Below, in pieces: positions 29,016-39,313 of a stretch of DNA of 64,000 nt (position 1 is the first letter of the stretch; each line of letters begins with the position of its first letter). The DNA is taken from assembly GCA_044376115.1 (NCBI GenBank), contig JBILLK010000007.1:128001-192000 (forward strand), in the 5' to 3' direction. The notes beneath the pieces were generated by a model. It ran no database searches. It was given only the letters and a program-made list of their open reading frames with translations, and had not been told where the DNA came from. The stretch is from Polyangiaceae bacterium. GTDB taxonomy: Bacteria; Myxococcota_A; Polyangia; Polyangiales; Polyangiaceae. Made by a program: the position numbers and the translations under genes.

Positions 29016-29635
29016 AGATCGAGGATGAGTGGGCCCAGTGGGAGAGTGACTTTCGGTCGCCACCGCGCCGCACGATTGACGCGGCGGTGCTCGACGGTCT
29101 GATCAAGAAGAGCCGCCGCAAGACGATGCTCGCGCGCGTCGCTCAGTTCGGCAGCCCGATCTTCGGACTGGTGGCGTTCGGGGTGCTCGTGACGCGTACG
29201 CCCGCACTTTGGCCGTTTGCGTCGCTGTGCATGGCAGGGTTCTTCGCCATGCTGCTCTACGCGACGCACGTGCAAGGCCGCAGCGCAGCGCAGTCGCCGA
29301 CCGTCGCCGGCTACGTAGCGCTCGAGCTCGAGCGCAAGCGGCTCGAGCTGAAGATCCACAAGGTCGGCGTGCTGTTTCAGGGCCTGTTCACTGTCGCATT
29401 CGGACTGTGGCTGCCGTACTTCTTGATGACGACGCGTGAAGCTCAAGTGGCGAACCTGCCGTGGCTCGTTGCGCGGCTCGTGTTCGCAGCCGTCGCATTC
29501 CCCGCGGTGTGGCTGTATCTGCAGCACAAGGGGACGAAGCTCGAGGCCGAGGTGAAGAAGCTTGAGGCGCTCCAGGGAGATCTCGTGGAGGTTCGAACTC
29601 CGGAAGCGACGAAGTCGGAGTCCGACCTCGGATAG
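29012..29635 (+). CDS. Four-TM membrane protein, probable anti-sigma factor
   Basis: ATGA overlap with the sigma stop, GGAGG RBS, four hydrophobic segments. Confidence 0.75.
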   Translation: MKIEDEWAQWESDFRSPPRRTIDAAVLDGLIKKSRRKTMLARVAQFGSPIFGLVAFGVLVTRTPALWPFASLCMAGFFAMLLYATHVQGRSAAQSPTVAGYVALELERKRLELKIHKVGVLFQGLFTVAFGLWLPYFLMTTREAQVANLPWLVARLVFAAVAFPAVWLYLQHKGTKLEAEVKKLEALQGDLVEVRTPEATKSESDLG

Positions 29636-29662
29636 CGAGTCTGGAAAGGAGCTAGTGGCTTT

Positions 29663-31282
29663 TCAGGGCGCAATCTGCCGCAGGTAGACGGCGCCGCTGT
29701 CTCTCTCTCCGTTGTTCGACTGGTCGCCGTTGACGCCCCGGGCGTTGCTGGCTTCGCGCACCGCCCCGACGGCAAGCGTGGTCTTGTCGAGCGCCAGGGT
29801 GTAGCCGAATTTGTCGCCCTCGTTGGTGTTCGTGGCCTTCAGGTACGCCCGTTGCGTCCACCCGGCGGGGCCTCGAACAAACAGGTAGACGGCCCCGCTC
29901 TCGTTCGCGGCATTGTTCCCTTGGTCGCCGTTCACGCCTTGGGCGGTGCTGCCTTCGTCGGGGGCTCCCACCGCCAGCGTGTCCCCTTCGAGCGCCACCG
30001 AAGAGCCGAAGGCGTCATCCGCGCCGGTGTTCGATGCCTTGAGGTAGGCCTGCTGGGTCCAGCCGGCAGATGTTCGAACAAACACGTAGACGGCCCCGCT
30101 CAGGAGGGCGGCGCGGTTCTCTTGGTCGCCGTTTACACCCTGGGCCGCGCTGTGCTCCATTGGCGCGCCCACCGCGAGCGTGTCCGCGTCGAGCGCCAAG
30201 CAGGCGCCGAAGCCGCCGCTCGAGTTCGACGCCTTGAGGTAGGCCTGCTGCGTCCAGCCGGCGGTAGTTCGAACAAATACGTAGACAGCGCCGCTGACGC
30301 TGTCGGCGTTGTTCTCTTGGTCGCCGTTCACGCCCCGCGCGGCGCTTGCTTCACCGCGCGCGCCTACCGCCAGCGTGTCCCCTTCAAGCGCCAGCGATTC
30401 GCCGAACTCGTCGTCATTGTCGGTGTTCGACGCCTTGAGGTAGGCCTGCTGCGTCCAAACCGACCCGCTGCGTGCAAACACGTAGACGGCGCCGCTGCCC
30501 TTCGCTGCGTTGTTCGTTTGGTCCCCGTTTACTCCACGTGCGGCGCTTGCTTCACCCGGCGCGCCGACCGCGAGCGTGTCCCCATCGAGCGCCACCGTCC
30601 AACCGAAGAGGTCCTCCTTATCGGCGTTGGACGCCTTGAGGTAGGCCTGCTGGGTCCACACCGAGCCGCTGCGTACGAACACATAAGCGGCGCTGCTGCC
30701 CTCGGTGCTGTTGTTGGCCTGGTCGCCGTTCACGCCGCGGGCGGCGCTGTCTTCGTTCCGCGCCCCCACCGCTAACGTGTCGCCATCGAGCGATAACGAC
30801 CAGCCGAAGTAGTCCTCCGCGTCAGCGTTCGACGCCTTCAGATACGCCTGCTGCGTCCAGCCAGCGCTGCCGCGCACAAACACGTAGACGGCCCCGCTAC
30901 GAACGGCGCCTTCGTTCGTCTGGTCGCCGTTCACGCCGCGGGCTGCGCCGGATTCGCCGTACGCGCCTACGGCCAGCGTGTCCCCGTCGAGCGCTAGAGC
31001 AAAGCCGAAGTAGTCTCCGCCGTTCGAGTTGGAGGCCTTCACGTAGGCTTGTTCGTAAACAGAGCAGCGGACGCCCAGGGCGACGAAGCACGCGTCGGTT
31101 GAAGCGTTCGACGGCGCCACAGCGACTTGGTCGGGAGTTGAATCGGCAGCGCGCTCAGCGCCGGCCGCAGGTGCCTCTCCCGCTGTTCTCGACGGGCCGG
31201 CGCAAGCTGCGGCCAGCCAGGCCGAGAGCATCCAAAGCATCGGCGCAAGCGCTTGCATGCAACAGATAAGTCGTTTGGTCAT
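29663..31282 (-). CDS. FG-GAP/integrin-alpha beta-propeller lipoprotein
   Basis: Seven ~62-aa repeats QQAYLKASN...FG.SLALDGDTLAVGA..E.SAARGVNGDQ...SGAVYVF; LAAAC lipobox. Confidence 0.93.
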   Translation of the reverse strand: MTKRLICCMQALAPMLWMLSAWLAAACAGPSRTAGEAPAAGAERAADSTPDQVAVAPSNASTDACFVALGVRCSVYEQAYVKASNSNGGDYFGFALALDGDTLAVGAYGESGAARGVNGDQTNEGAVRSGAVYVFVRGSAGWTQQAYLKASNADAEDYFGWSLSLDGDTLAVGARNEDSAARGVNGDQANNSTEGSSAAYVFVRSGSVWTQQAYLKASNADKEDLFGWTVALDGDTLAVGAPGEASAARGVNGDQTNNAAKGSGAVYVFARSGSVWTQQAYLKASNTDNDDEFGESLALEGDTLAVGARGEASAARGVNGDQENNADSVSGAVYVFVRTTAGWTQQAYLKASNSSGGFGACLALDADTLAVGAPMEHSAAQGVNGDQENRAALLSGAVYVFVRTSAGWTQQAYLKASNTGADDAFGSSVALEGDTLAVGAPDEGSTAQGVNGDQGNNAANESGAVYLFVRGPAGWTQRAYLKATNTNEGDKFGYTLALDKTTLAVGAVREASNARGVNGDQSNNGERDSGAVYLRQIAP

Positions 31283-31390
31283 TCTGCAAACCTATAAGTG
31301 CGCGTGGTTCTACCGAAACGAGAGTCAATCGCGCGCTCGACCCCGCGTAGCTCAACTGGTTCACGGCCAATAACCACGTTACCGTGCCTT

Positions 31391-32411
31391 ATGGATCGCG
31401 CGTTCGTGGAGGGATTCAAGTCCGAGCTCGGCCTCGATGTTCAAGCGCTCCGCTTTGCAACGTCCCATTCGCGTCTCCCGGCGAAGCAGGGCCAGCTCGA
31501 CAATGCCGTCTGTGTCGGAGTGCACGAAGGTCACGCGTTCACGCTGACGGTATCGGAGACCGAGATCCTAATTGAGCACGAACTCGGGTTGGATCTAGGG
31601 CTCAAGTTGCGTCAGATCCCGAACACCCGAGCTCCATCGGGCGCGTTCCTCGAGACGGAAGCCGAGGACAAGAGCCGACTGGCGGCGTTGCTAGAGGGTG
31701 ATTTGGCTGAGCGGCTCGGCCAGCAAAAGGGACTCCTCATCGAGATTGATGACGACAGCGTGCGCTGCGACCGCGCAGCCACAGCGCGAACGGCCCCCTC
31801 AGCTGGCTCGCTAGAAGGGAGTGAGCTCGCTGCGAGTGTAGCGATGGCTCGCAGTCTGCTCCAACTGCTGTCGACGATCGATAAGGCTCGTCGGGTGGTT
31901 CCAACCCATTCCGCGCTGGCTGAGTGGGCCTCGCCGATGAAAGGGGTGGCGCGCGCGTTTGGGCTAGAGTTCGCCACGACTCCGCTCGAAGTCCAAGGCC
32001 GCTATCGTGCGCTTTCTCTCTCCCTGCGGCTCGTTAGGCGCGAGAAGGTATGGAACTGTGCAGTAGGGGTTCTCCTGCCGCAAAGCAGCGCAGAAGTCCT
32101 AAGCATCAAGCCGCGAGCGCCCGGCCTCTTTGGACGGCTGTTTGCTGAAGGTCGTCAAGTTGGGATCGAGGAGTTCGATGCCTCGTGGGCAGCCGTCTTC
32201 GAGACCCCAGAAGGGTTCCAAAAGCTGTTGACGCCCGAGGTGCTCGAACGGCTCGGACGGTGCCGATCGGAGACGCTTCGGATCAACGGCGCAGGCGTCT
32301 GTGAAACCTTAGCGACCCCGGACGACCTCAGTCGAGCGCCTGATCGACCTCGCGGAAGCGCTTGGCATCGCAGAGGGCATGATTGAGCGGACGCATGCAG
32401 GTTACCGTTGA
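31391..32411 (+). CDS. Hypothetical protein, probable frameshift near 32330
   Basis: ORF from ATG 31391 becomes atypical after DDLS; another frame continues VERLIDLAEALGIAEGMIERTHAGYR to a stop at 32411. Confidence 0.55.
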
Positions 32412-32500
32412 GCTGAGAGACCGCGTTCGCCGAGTTGAGCGCGCGCCACGGCCACGTTTGCGCGTTGACGCCGTCCTCGGCCCAGCGGACTGCATCGGTG

Positions 32501-33571
32501 ATGCGTCCCTCCACCGCGGTAATGGTGCTCGTCTTCGGAACGATGCTCTCCTGCGGCTCGTCGGCGCAGCCGCTGGACGCAGCGTCGGTTGCGCAGCGAA
32601 CGATGCGTCTTTCTGCGGGAGCGCACTTCAGCTGTTTGCACGGTGGAACGACGACTTGTTGGGGCCTGCTTTCGATGCCGAAGGAGCTGAAGTCGCCGCC
32701 AGCGGCGGAGCAGCTAGCACTACGTTCAACTTTTGGGGACGTGCGCGCGGTCGGCGGTGGTCCCGGCTTTTTGTGTGCAACGCGCAGGGATGGGGAGGTT
32801 GCCTGCGGGACCGGAGACGATCAACCGCTCAGCGTCGTCAGCCTCCCTGGGAGTACGCAAAAGCTCGCGGTCGGGGACGAGCGTGTATGTGCAGTGATGA
32901 GCGACAGGCCGATCCACTGTTGGGCGCCAGGCAGCGCGCCGCAAGCGGTTGCCGGGACTGAAGGAAGTCTCGGTGTGGCGGTGGGGATCGGCTTCGTCTG
33001 CGCGCTCGCGCCACAAGGGACAGTCGCGTGTTGGGGCAACAATGAAGCAGGCTTTCTCGGGGATGGCACCACGACCTCACGTGAAGAGCCTCGCGCGCTG
33101 GCCGGCCTGCCGAACGTGGTGCAAGTCGTGGCCGGGCGCCTGTTCGCCTGCGCGCTCTCGCGCGCAGGCACCGTGCATTGCTGGGGCCTCGGGGACGACG
33201 GTCAGCTCGGGGATGGCGTCGAGCGCAAGCTGGACGCTTTCTCGAGCGAGCCGGTGACGGTGAAAGGGCTGAGCGGCGTCGAGGCGATCACCGCCGGCCA
33301 TGGTCATGCGTGCGCGCTCAAGCAAGGTGAAGTCCGCTGCTGGGGCGCGAACAGCGTCGGGCAACTCGGAGATGGCACGACCGAGCGACGCTTCGCCCCG
33401 GTGGCCGTGAAGGGGCTCGACGGTGCCGTGGAGGTCGTCGGAGGTGGCGGCCACTCCTGCGCGTTGCGTAGCGACGATACGGTGTGGTGTTGGGGCAATG
33501 GCTCCTTCGGGCAAGTCGGCGGCGGTTCGACGCCGACCGTTCCGACGCCCCGACGCGTTGAGCTGCGGTGA
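32501..33571 (+). CDS. RCC1-repeat lipoprotein
   Basis: Repeated HACAL..G.V.CWG.N..GQLGDG units; MLSC lipobox. Confidence 0.92.
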   Translation: MRPSTAVMVLVFGTMLSCGSSAQPLDAASVAQRTMRLSAGAHFSCLHGGTTTCWGLLSMPKELKSPPAAEQLALRSTFGDVRAVGGGPGFLCATRRDGEVACGTGDDQPLSVVSLPGSTQKLAVGDERVCAVMSDRPIHCWAPGSAPQAVAGTEGSLGVAVGIGFVCALAPQGTVACWGNNEAGFLGDGTTTSREEPRALAGLPNVVQVVAGRLFACALSRAGTVHCWGLGDDGQLGDGVERKLDAFSSEPVTVKGLSGVEAITAGHGHACALKQGEVRCWGANSVGQLGDGTTERRFAPVAVKGLDGAVEVVGGGGHSCALRSDDTVWCWGNGSFGQVGGGSTPTVPTPRRVELR

Positions 33572-33579
33572 GGTGAATC

Positions 33580-33981
33580 GTGAACGTTATTCGATGCATC
33601 GGCGCGGTGGGCGCGCTCCTTTTCCTGGTGGGCTGCTCGGGGCCCAAAGACGGCGCGCCGGCGACGACTGAATCGTCCGCGCCGACGAAGTCGCCGGAGA
33701 AGAGCGCGAAGGTAGTCGACCGGAACCCGCCCGCCGAGAGCGCGAAGGCTGTCGAGCGAGAGCCGCCGGACCTGCTGACGCAGGTCAAGGAGTGGCGCGA
33801 CAGAACGTGCGCTTGCGCGGATGCAGCGTGCACCGAGCGGACCTACGACGCGTTCCGCGCTTGGCGAAAGTCTCTTCCCCGGGCGAGTGGTCCTGGTCCG
33901 GAGGACCCGCTCGAGAAGCTTGGAGATCCGTGGGAGAAGGCGGAAGCCGAGCTAAAAGCCTGCCGCAAGAAGTACAACTAA
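33580..33981 (+). CDS. Small lipoprotein (CAC.D..C motif)
   Basis: FLVGC lipobox; GAGG upstream; DRTCACADAAC. Confidence 0.7.
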   Translation: MNVIRCIGAVGALLFLVGCSGPKDGAPATTESSAPTKSPEKSAKVVDRNPPAESAKAVEREPPDLLTQVKEWRDRTCACADAACTERTYDAFRAWRKSLPRASGPGPEDPLEKLGDPWEKAEAELKACRKKYN

Positions 33982-33990
33982 GCGCGCGCT

Positions 33991-34614
33991 TCAGCGCACT
34001 GCGCGTCCCCAGCCCAGTGTGAGCCGTACCTCCACGAGCGACACCGGGATCTGGACCACCTCGGCGACCGTCGATCCGGCCAGCCCCGTCGCGGTGCCGA
34101 TGGCTGAACGCAGCTGCGCCGCATGGCGCTCGATCAGCGCAGCACGATGGGCCTCTTCGTCGGCGACGCGAGCAACGGGCTCACGCCAGGCGAGCAGGAC
34201 TGCCGGGCGCTGCTTGCGGAGCTGCGTGGCCGAGTTCGCGAGGGCTTCGACGGTGCGCGCCGCGAGGTCGGCGCGGGCCCAGAAGTCGAGCGAAGCTGCG
34301 AGCGGTACCTGCAGGAGGCCGTCGAGCTGGACGTCTTCACGGGCACGCTTGTCGGACTTGTCGCCGCTGCCGCCTCCGAGATGGAGGCGCTGCGCGACGA
34401 GCTCTGCGCCCGCCGCCAGCGCATCGAATTGACGAACGAGCTCGTATGCGGCCTCGCGCAGGATACGAATGGCGCCACTCGCGCCCTGACCGTCGACGGT
34501 CGCTGCGACGGCGATCGTCAACACGTCAGGGCGCACGGCGAGACCTGGAGCAGGTGCGTGGTCAGGCGCTAGGGCGATCTGCATGCGCGAAACATACAGG
34601 ACTTGGCCCTCCAA
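33991..34614 (-). CDS. Hypothetical protein (weak SIMPL/DUF541-like N-terminus)
   Basis: AVRPDVLTIAVAA followed by an amphipathic helix. Confidence 0.5.
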   Translation of the reverse strand: MEGQVLYVSRMQIALAPDHAPAPGLAVRPDVLTIAVAATVDGQGASGAIRILREAAYELVRQFDALAAGAELVAQRLHLGGGSGDKSDKRAREDVQLDGLLQVPLAASLDFWARADLAARTVEALANSATQLRKQRPAVLLAWREPVARVADEEAHRAALIERHAAQLRSAIGTATGLAGSTVAEVVQIPVSLVEVRLTLGWGRAVR

Positions 34615-34793
34615 AGAACGACGGTTCGCCTACGTGAAAGCTGGAGGACTCACACATTCGACCTCAGCGGCTCGGCGTCGACGCCACGCTCGCTGCAGGC
34701 TGAAGTAACGTAGCGAGGTTCGAGAGGCCGATTCACGACGACCTCGAACGTGGTACATGGCTAGTCGCCGAACGCCGCATCGTTGGATCCGAC

Positions 34794-35246
34794 ATGAAGC
34801 CCTTTTCGCTGGAAAATCGCGTCGACAACCTGATTGAAGCGCGAGTGAGAGCACTGCCCGAGCTGAGCGACGCCGATCGGTACGCCGAGGCGCTCGCAGC
34901 GGCGGCGGGGAAGTTCGGAAGCCAAGCGCAGGCCGTCCTGTGCGCCGATCATCGGCCGGTCGGCATCTATCGGCAGGAGGTAGCGGATCGCCTTGCGGCC
35001 CTGTTTGCCGCGATGAACACACGCCTCTCGCGCGCTGCTGTGTTGGTCTCACGCAGCAACGCAACGCTCGTGATGCAGCTCGAGCGCCTCGTACGCGAGG
35101 CCAGGAACCCCTCGCGGCGCGTGTTCTTTAGCGCGAGCGATGCTGTGGTATTCATGGCTTCTGAGCTGACGCCTGCCGCCCAGGAACGTGCGCGCAGCTT
35201 CCTCGCCGAGTGGACCCCGCGCCCCGAAGACGGCCCACTGCGCTGA
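34794..35246 (+). CDS. Myxobacterial STAS/SEC14-like protein
   Basis: VLCADHR...RAAVLVSRSNATLVMQLERLVREARNPSRRVF. Confidence 0.6.
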   Translation: MKPFSLENRVDNLIEARVRALPELSDADRYAEALAAAAGKFGSQAQAVLCADHRPVGIYRQEVADRLAALFAAMNTRLSRAAVLVSRSNATLVMQLERLVREARNPSRRVFFSASDAVVFMASELTPAAQERARSFLAEWTPRPEDGPLR

Positions 35247-35308
35247 GTCCAAGCGGCCCCTGCGATTGCAGCTGAAGAAGAGCTGCGAGGGAGCTGCTAC
35301 GGTGAACT

Positions 35309-35935
35309 ATGCGGATCTCAGTGAGAGTCATGCTCAGCCTGCTCGTCGCATGCGGAGGGGCCGAGGTAGGGCCGGATGCAAACGCCGTGGTTACGCTGCC
35401 AAGGCTGCCGAGCGCGAGCGCGGAGGTCGCCGCAGCGGCGACCACGAAGCCGCCTACCGAGCCTGCTCCTCCAGCGCCGATCGCGACCTTGGCACCTACC
35501 ACGGCAACACCCGCTCCGCCGGAGACCGCGAGCTCACCACTGCGCTTGGGGGAGGCGTGCGCTGCTTCCGACAGTCCGTCGCGGCCGGCCTGCGGCGAGC
35601 GAGGTCGGGTCTCAGCGACGTGGCAGACGACCTCCGTGCTCGGAGCGAGCTCGCTCCCGTGCACTCTCAAAGCGATCGAGCCGACGCCTACCTCCAGCAC
35701 CGAAATCAGCCGTGCGCTCGAGAGCCTGGGTGGTGGATCGCTGTGCGTCGCAGACGACGAACTCATCGTCTACGCCCCTTGCTTCATGTGCCGCATGCCC
35801 ACCGGCGATTTCGTCCGCGCGCGCCTCTCCGAACTCACAGCGCCGCAACACAAGGCCATCGCACAGTTGCTTGGAATCAAGCCCCCGCCGCTCTCGGCGG
35901 CCGCTTGGAGAGCCGTGGCGAAGGCTGCACGCTAA
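35309..35935 (+). CDS. Lipoprotein with Pro/Ala linker
   Basis: LSLLVAC lipobox; CFMC motif near the C-terminus. Confidence 0.7.
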   Translation: MRISVRVMLSLLVACGGAEVGPDANAVVTLPRLPSASAEVAAAATTKPPTEPAPPAPIATLAPTTATPAPPETASSPLRLGEACAASDSPSRPACGERGRVSATWQTTSVLGASSLPCTLKAIEPTPTSSTEISRALESLGGGSLCVADDELIVYAPCFMCRMPTGDFVRARLSELTAPQHKAIAQLLGIKPPPLSAAAWRAVAKAAR

Positions 35936-35981
35936 CCGGCGTTCGTAATCGGAGCATCGAGCGTCATCGCGGTATCCACGT

Positions 35982-36635
35982 TCATCGCGGAGCTCGCACT
36001 CGGGATAGGAACCGCAGTGGTTCGGGACACTTTGCAAATCCCCGCGCAAGCGCTTGCGCCTCGATCGGAACGATAAGGTTGGAGAAGAACCACTTCTCGC
36101 TGCCTGTTTCTTGCACGCTGCCATGCGCGAGCAACTTGTGTGCGGTCACTAGAGCGAGGTGCGCGTTGGTCGCCGCCGCAAGTCGAAGTCGAGCCTGTTC
36201 GTTCACGTGAAGCGCCACCTTGCTGTCGTCGCTCTCAACACACACGACATCTCGATTCGTAAGGAGTGGCGTGCGTCGGACCCGGTGTTTTGGCTTCTCG
36301 GGCTCTGACGCGCTCCATTCACCAATCCAGCGCGCCTCCGGCTCAGCCTCGCCCGCAAGAGCAACGACCTCCAGCTCGGTAGGCTCTGAAGTCGGGGTTG
36401 ATGCGGATGCGGGGGCCATGGCACCGGATGAGGTCGCCGCTGTCGACGAAGCCAGCGCAGTTGACGAAGCCACCGCGATCGACTCGCTGCCAACCGTAGG
36501 GACGGTAGGGGTCGCCGACGAGCAGGCTGCCACGAACATGAAACCAAGAAGCCCGAGCACGCCACGAAGACCTGGTCGAATGGACGGGCGAACTTGCCTC
36601 GCCGAGGACTTGGCACTGTTACAGAACAGCTTCAT
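35982..36635 (-). CDS. Lipoprotein with possible SecDF P1 head-like domain
   Basis: FVAAC lipobox; LLTNRDV...LAAAT..HLALV...EAQALA spacing resembles the SecD P1 head; ATGA overlap with the upstream gene. Confidence 0.5.
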   Translation of the reverse strand: MKLFCNSAKSSARQVRPSIRPGLRGVLGLLGFMFVAACSSATPTVPTVGSESIAVASSTALASSTAATSSGAMAPASASTPTSEPTELEVVALAGEAEPEARWIGEWSASEPEKPKHRVRRTPLLTNRDVVCVESDDSKVALHVNEQARLRLAAATNAHLALVTAHKLLAHGSVQETGSEKWFFSNLIVPIEAQALARGFAKCPEPLRFLSRVRAPR

Positions 36636-37513
36636 TGCGCTCCGGCGCAAAGCCCGGCCCACAGCGCCGCTCGCGATGCGCGCGCGGCGGCAGCGAACTG
36701 CCCATCCCCCAACTCGATCACGGTCCAGCGCCCATCGCGGAGCTGCCCTACATCGATCGCCAAGAAAGGTGTCGGTAGGCGGCTGGCCGCGCGCTCAGCG
36801 AGAGCAAGCACCGCTTGTTCCTCGTCTGGAGACAGGTGCATCAGCTCATCCTCGCCATGCCAGTAATATCCGTGGGCAATGCTTCGACCGTGGAGCACGA
36901 ACACGCGAAACTCCCGGCCGAACGGCACGCCGTGGTCCGAGCGTCGAACGTGCGCGAGCTCTACCAATTCGCGCACGATGGCATGGCCGCGAGAACGCAA
37001 GCCGTGCTCGAGAATGGCGCCGACCCTGTCTCGCAGTTCGTCCTTGTCGTTGGCGATACAGGCGGACCAGCCCCGGGCCTTCAGCGATTGCATCGTGCCT
37101 TTGACGAACATCGGAAAGCCGACCTCCAGCGCAGCGGCCTCACATTCCTCGACCGAGGCAACCCATCGGCTCTTCGGCGTCAGATCGGCGATCAGCGGAT
37201 AATATCGATGGAACTCCATCGACAAAAGGTGCGCGTCCGGGTCGTTGAGCAGCTGAAGGCCTTTGGCCGCCATCGCCTCGTAAACCGAGCGATAGAGGGC
37301 AGGCTCAGGGATGTAGCCAATCCACACGGCGGGCTCCGGCGGGTCGTGCAGCGCGAGGTGCGCTAGCGCGTCTTCGGCTCCGAAGATCGACGCTGTGGCT
37401 CCCGAGAACGTTTGCACCTCGAGGCCAGCCGCCTTCGCCGCCGCGACCGTATCCGCGGTGTCCTGGCCCGCTGCGGTCTCGAGCGAGCCGCCGTCTTCGA
37501 GAAGCACGAGCAT
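36632..37513 (-). CDS. ATP-grasp domain protein (R2K/DUF4343-like)
   Basis: YPLIADLTPKS, FPMFVKG..QSLK, IVRELVEL, REFRVFV, FLAIDVGQ...WTVIELGDGQ. Confidence 0.85.
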   Translation of the reverse strand: MLVLLEDGGSLETAAGQDTADTVAAAKAAGLEVQTFSGATASIFGAEDALAHLALHDPPEPAVWIGYIPEPALYRSVYEAMAAKGLQLLNDPDAHLLSMEFHRYYPLIADLTPKSRWVASVEECEAAALEVGFPMFVKGTMQSLKARGWSACIANDKDELRDRVGAILEHGLRSRGHAIVRELVELAHVRRSDHGVPFGREFRVFVLHGRSIAHGYYWHGEDELMHLSPDEEQAVLALAERAASRLPTPFLAIDVGQLRDGRWTVIELGDGQFAAAARASRAALWAGLCAGAQ

Positions 37514-37674
37514 CGAGGCCAGCACGACTCTAGCGCGTCGTCGCGGGCGCGTCCGGCTACTTTGTTTTCGGCTGCGTTGCGAGCGCGTCCCGCTGCGATC
37601 GCGCGTGGGGTTGCGCGAGCCTCCGCCGCTCCGATAGCCTCGGCACACAGCTGCGCTCGTCGCAGCCGTATCCA

Positions 37675-38373
37675 ATGGAGCTTTTTAGCTACCACCTGAT
37701 CCGAGCGCCGTTCTTCGATGTGGCGGCGCGTCTCTTGAGCTCGTCGGCATTGCGCCGCGTCGAGGGCCTTCGCCACGCGGAATGTCTGTTCCCCATGCGA
37801 ATGGGCCACAGCGTGATGCTCCCGGGGCGCTTCCTCGTAACGACGCTGGTGCTCTTCGCCTTGTGGGAGAACGAGGCCCACCTCGATCGCTTCCTCGCGT
37901 CGCCTCCGTACCGGGTGTTCGAGCGGGACCATTGGCACGTACGGCTACGCTTCTATCGACGCTGGGGAACGTATCGGGGGCTCGACGAGGCGAAGCTGTA
38001 CACCGAGCTCGCCGACCCCGAAGGGCCGGTTGTGGGCGTGACCTTCGCGCGCCTGAAGCTGAGCGAGACCTTCCGCTTCGCGCGCTGGGGAAAGCCCGTT
38101 GAAGCGCAGGTGCGCGACCACCCCGGCGTGACCCGCGCCACGGTCGCCTTCCGCCCGTTCAACACCTTCTCCACCTTCAGCATGTGGCGCAGTGAAGCGG
38201 ACATGGTCGGCATGGTCCGAGGCCGACAGGCCGCAACCGACGGCACCGGTCACCGCGACGCCATGGTTGAGCGCGCTCGCAGGGACTTCCACTACGAGTT
38301 TACGACGATGCGGCTTTTGCCCCTCTCCGAGCACGGTCAGTGGCCCGAGCCGATGCGCCTTTTGCCGCGCTGA
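37675..38373 (+). CDS. Spheroidene monooxygenase (CrtA)-like dimeric alpha/beta barrel protein
   Basis: LFALWENEAHLDRF, WGTYRG, GPVVGVTFARL, TFSMWRS..DM, HRDAM. Confidence 0.7.
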   Translation: MELFSYHLIRAPFFDVAARLLSSSALRRVEGLRHAECLFPMRMGHSVMLPGRFLVTTLVLFALWENEAHLDRFLASPPYRVFERDHWHVRLRFYRRWGTYRGLDEAKLYTELADPEGPVVGVTFARLKLSETFRFARWGKPVEAQVRDHPGVTRATVAFRPFNTFSTFSMWRSEADMVGMVRGRQAATDGTGHRDAMVERARRDFHYEFTTMRLLPLSEHGQWPEPMRLLPR

Positions 38374-38400
38374 GCCACGGCGCTTCGGCCTCCCGCGTCG

Positions 38401-39228
38401 TTAGCGCGCCGCGCTTGGGCCGTGCGGCCTAGCGGGGTGCGCGAGGGCTACCGCGAGCAGAAAACACGGCGCGATCACGATGGCGTTGAGTACGCCGTGC
38501 ACCGACACGATCGCCCGGATCCCCAGCACGTCGTCCAGTAGTCGCAGCGCGAGTTCGTTGCCCCACGCGAGCACCATCGTGAACACGAGGCCCGCGAAGC
38601 TCAAAGCGCCGAGGGCGAACGCCGCGCGATCCCGACCCCACACGCTGCGGAGGAACGTGAGCTGCGCGAGCGGAAGCGCTACCGAGAGCCCGACCACGCC
38701 GATCTTCTTGAGCGCGTGTAGCTGGTCGATCCCCAGCGCGATCAATAAGAACGACGCAAAGCAGATGAACAGCGCGGGGAGGTAGGGCGTGCTCTCGAGA
38801 TCCTCCTTGTCGACGAGGATCGCGAGCGCGCCCATCACGATCCAGCCGAGCACGTTGCCGTGGAGCGCGGCATAGAAGCTGAAGTTCATCCCGTAACCGA
38901 GGAGATGGAGGTCGTTCGAGCCAGAGACGAGCCACACCGCGGCGACGTTGCTGAAGAGAAACGGTACGCACGCGGCCAGTACCCGTGGGGAGCCAAGCGA
39001 CGCGAGACGCGAGCGAAGAAAGAGCCCGAAGCTCGTCGCGGTGAACAGGAGCCAGGGGACGCACAGCAGCGGCGCTGGCCATAGGAGACCAGTCGCTGCG
39101 CAGCCGAGCGCGACGACGTGGGCCGCCACGTGAAGCGGTGAGAGCCCCAAGAAGTGACGATGCGTCCCCAGCGGGCCGAGGGCCATGCTGACGAGCAAGA
39201 GGACGCGCAGCAGATCGAGCTCAGACAT
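38401..39228 (-). CDS. YndJ-like multi-TM membrane protein
   Basis: Multiple TM helices; LLGY...FYAALH and HGVLNA motifs; start uncertain. Confidence 0.7.
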   Translation of the reverse strand: MSELDLLRVLLLVSMALGPLGTHRHFLGLSPLHVAAHVVALGCAATGLLWPAPLLCVPWLLFTATSFGLFLRSRLASLGSPRVLAACVPFLFSNVAAVWLVSGSNDLHLLGYGMNFSFYAALHGNVLGWIVMGALAILVDKEDLESTPYLPALFICFASFLLIALGIDQLHALKKIGVVGLSVALPLAQLTFLRSVWGRDRAAFALGALSFAGLVFTMVLAWGNELALRLLDDVLGIRAIVSVHGVLNAIVIAPCFLLAVALAHPARPHGPSAAR

Positions 39229-39313
39229 CTCCGGGGTGAGCATGTCAGCTATCACAGTAACGCGCATCCATCCGTAGGCGATGCGGCCCGCAAGCCAGCT
39301 TCCCTCCGGCTCG

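Noticed and set aside
29690..31050. Periodic ~186-bp repeats as a CRISPR-like array
   Set aside because: In-frame degenerate FG-GAP coding repeats without unique spacers.
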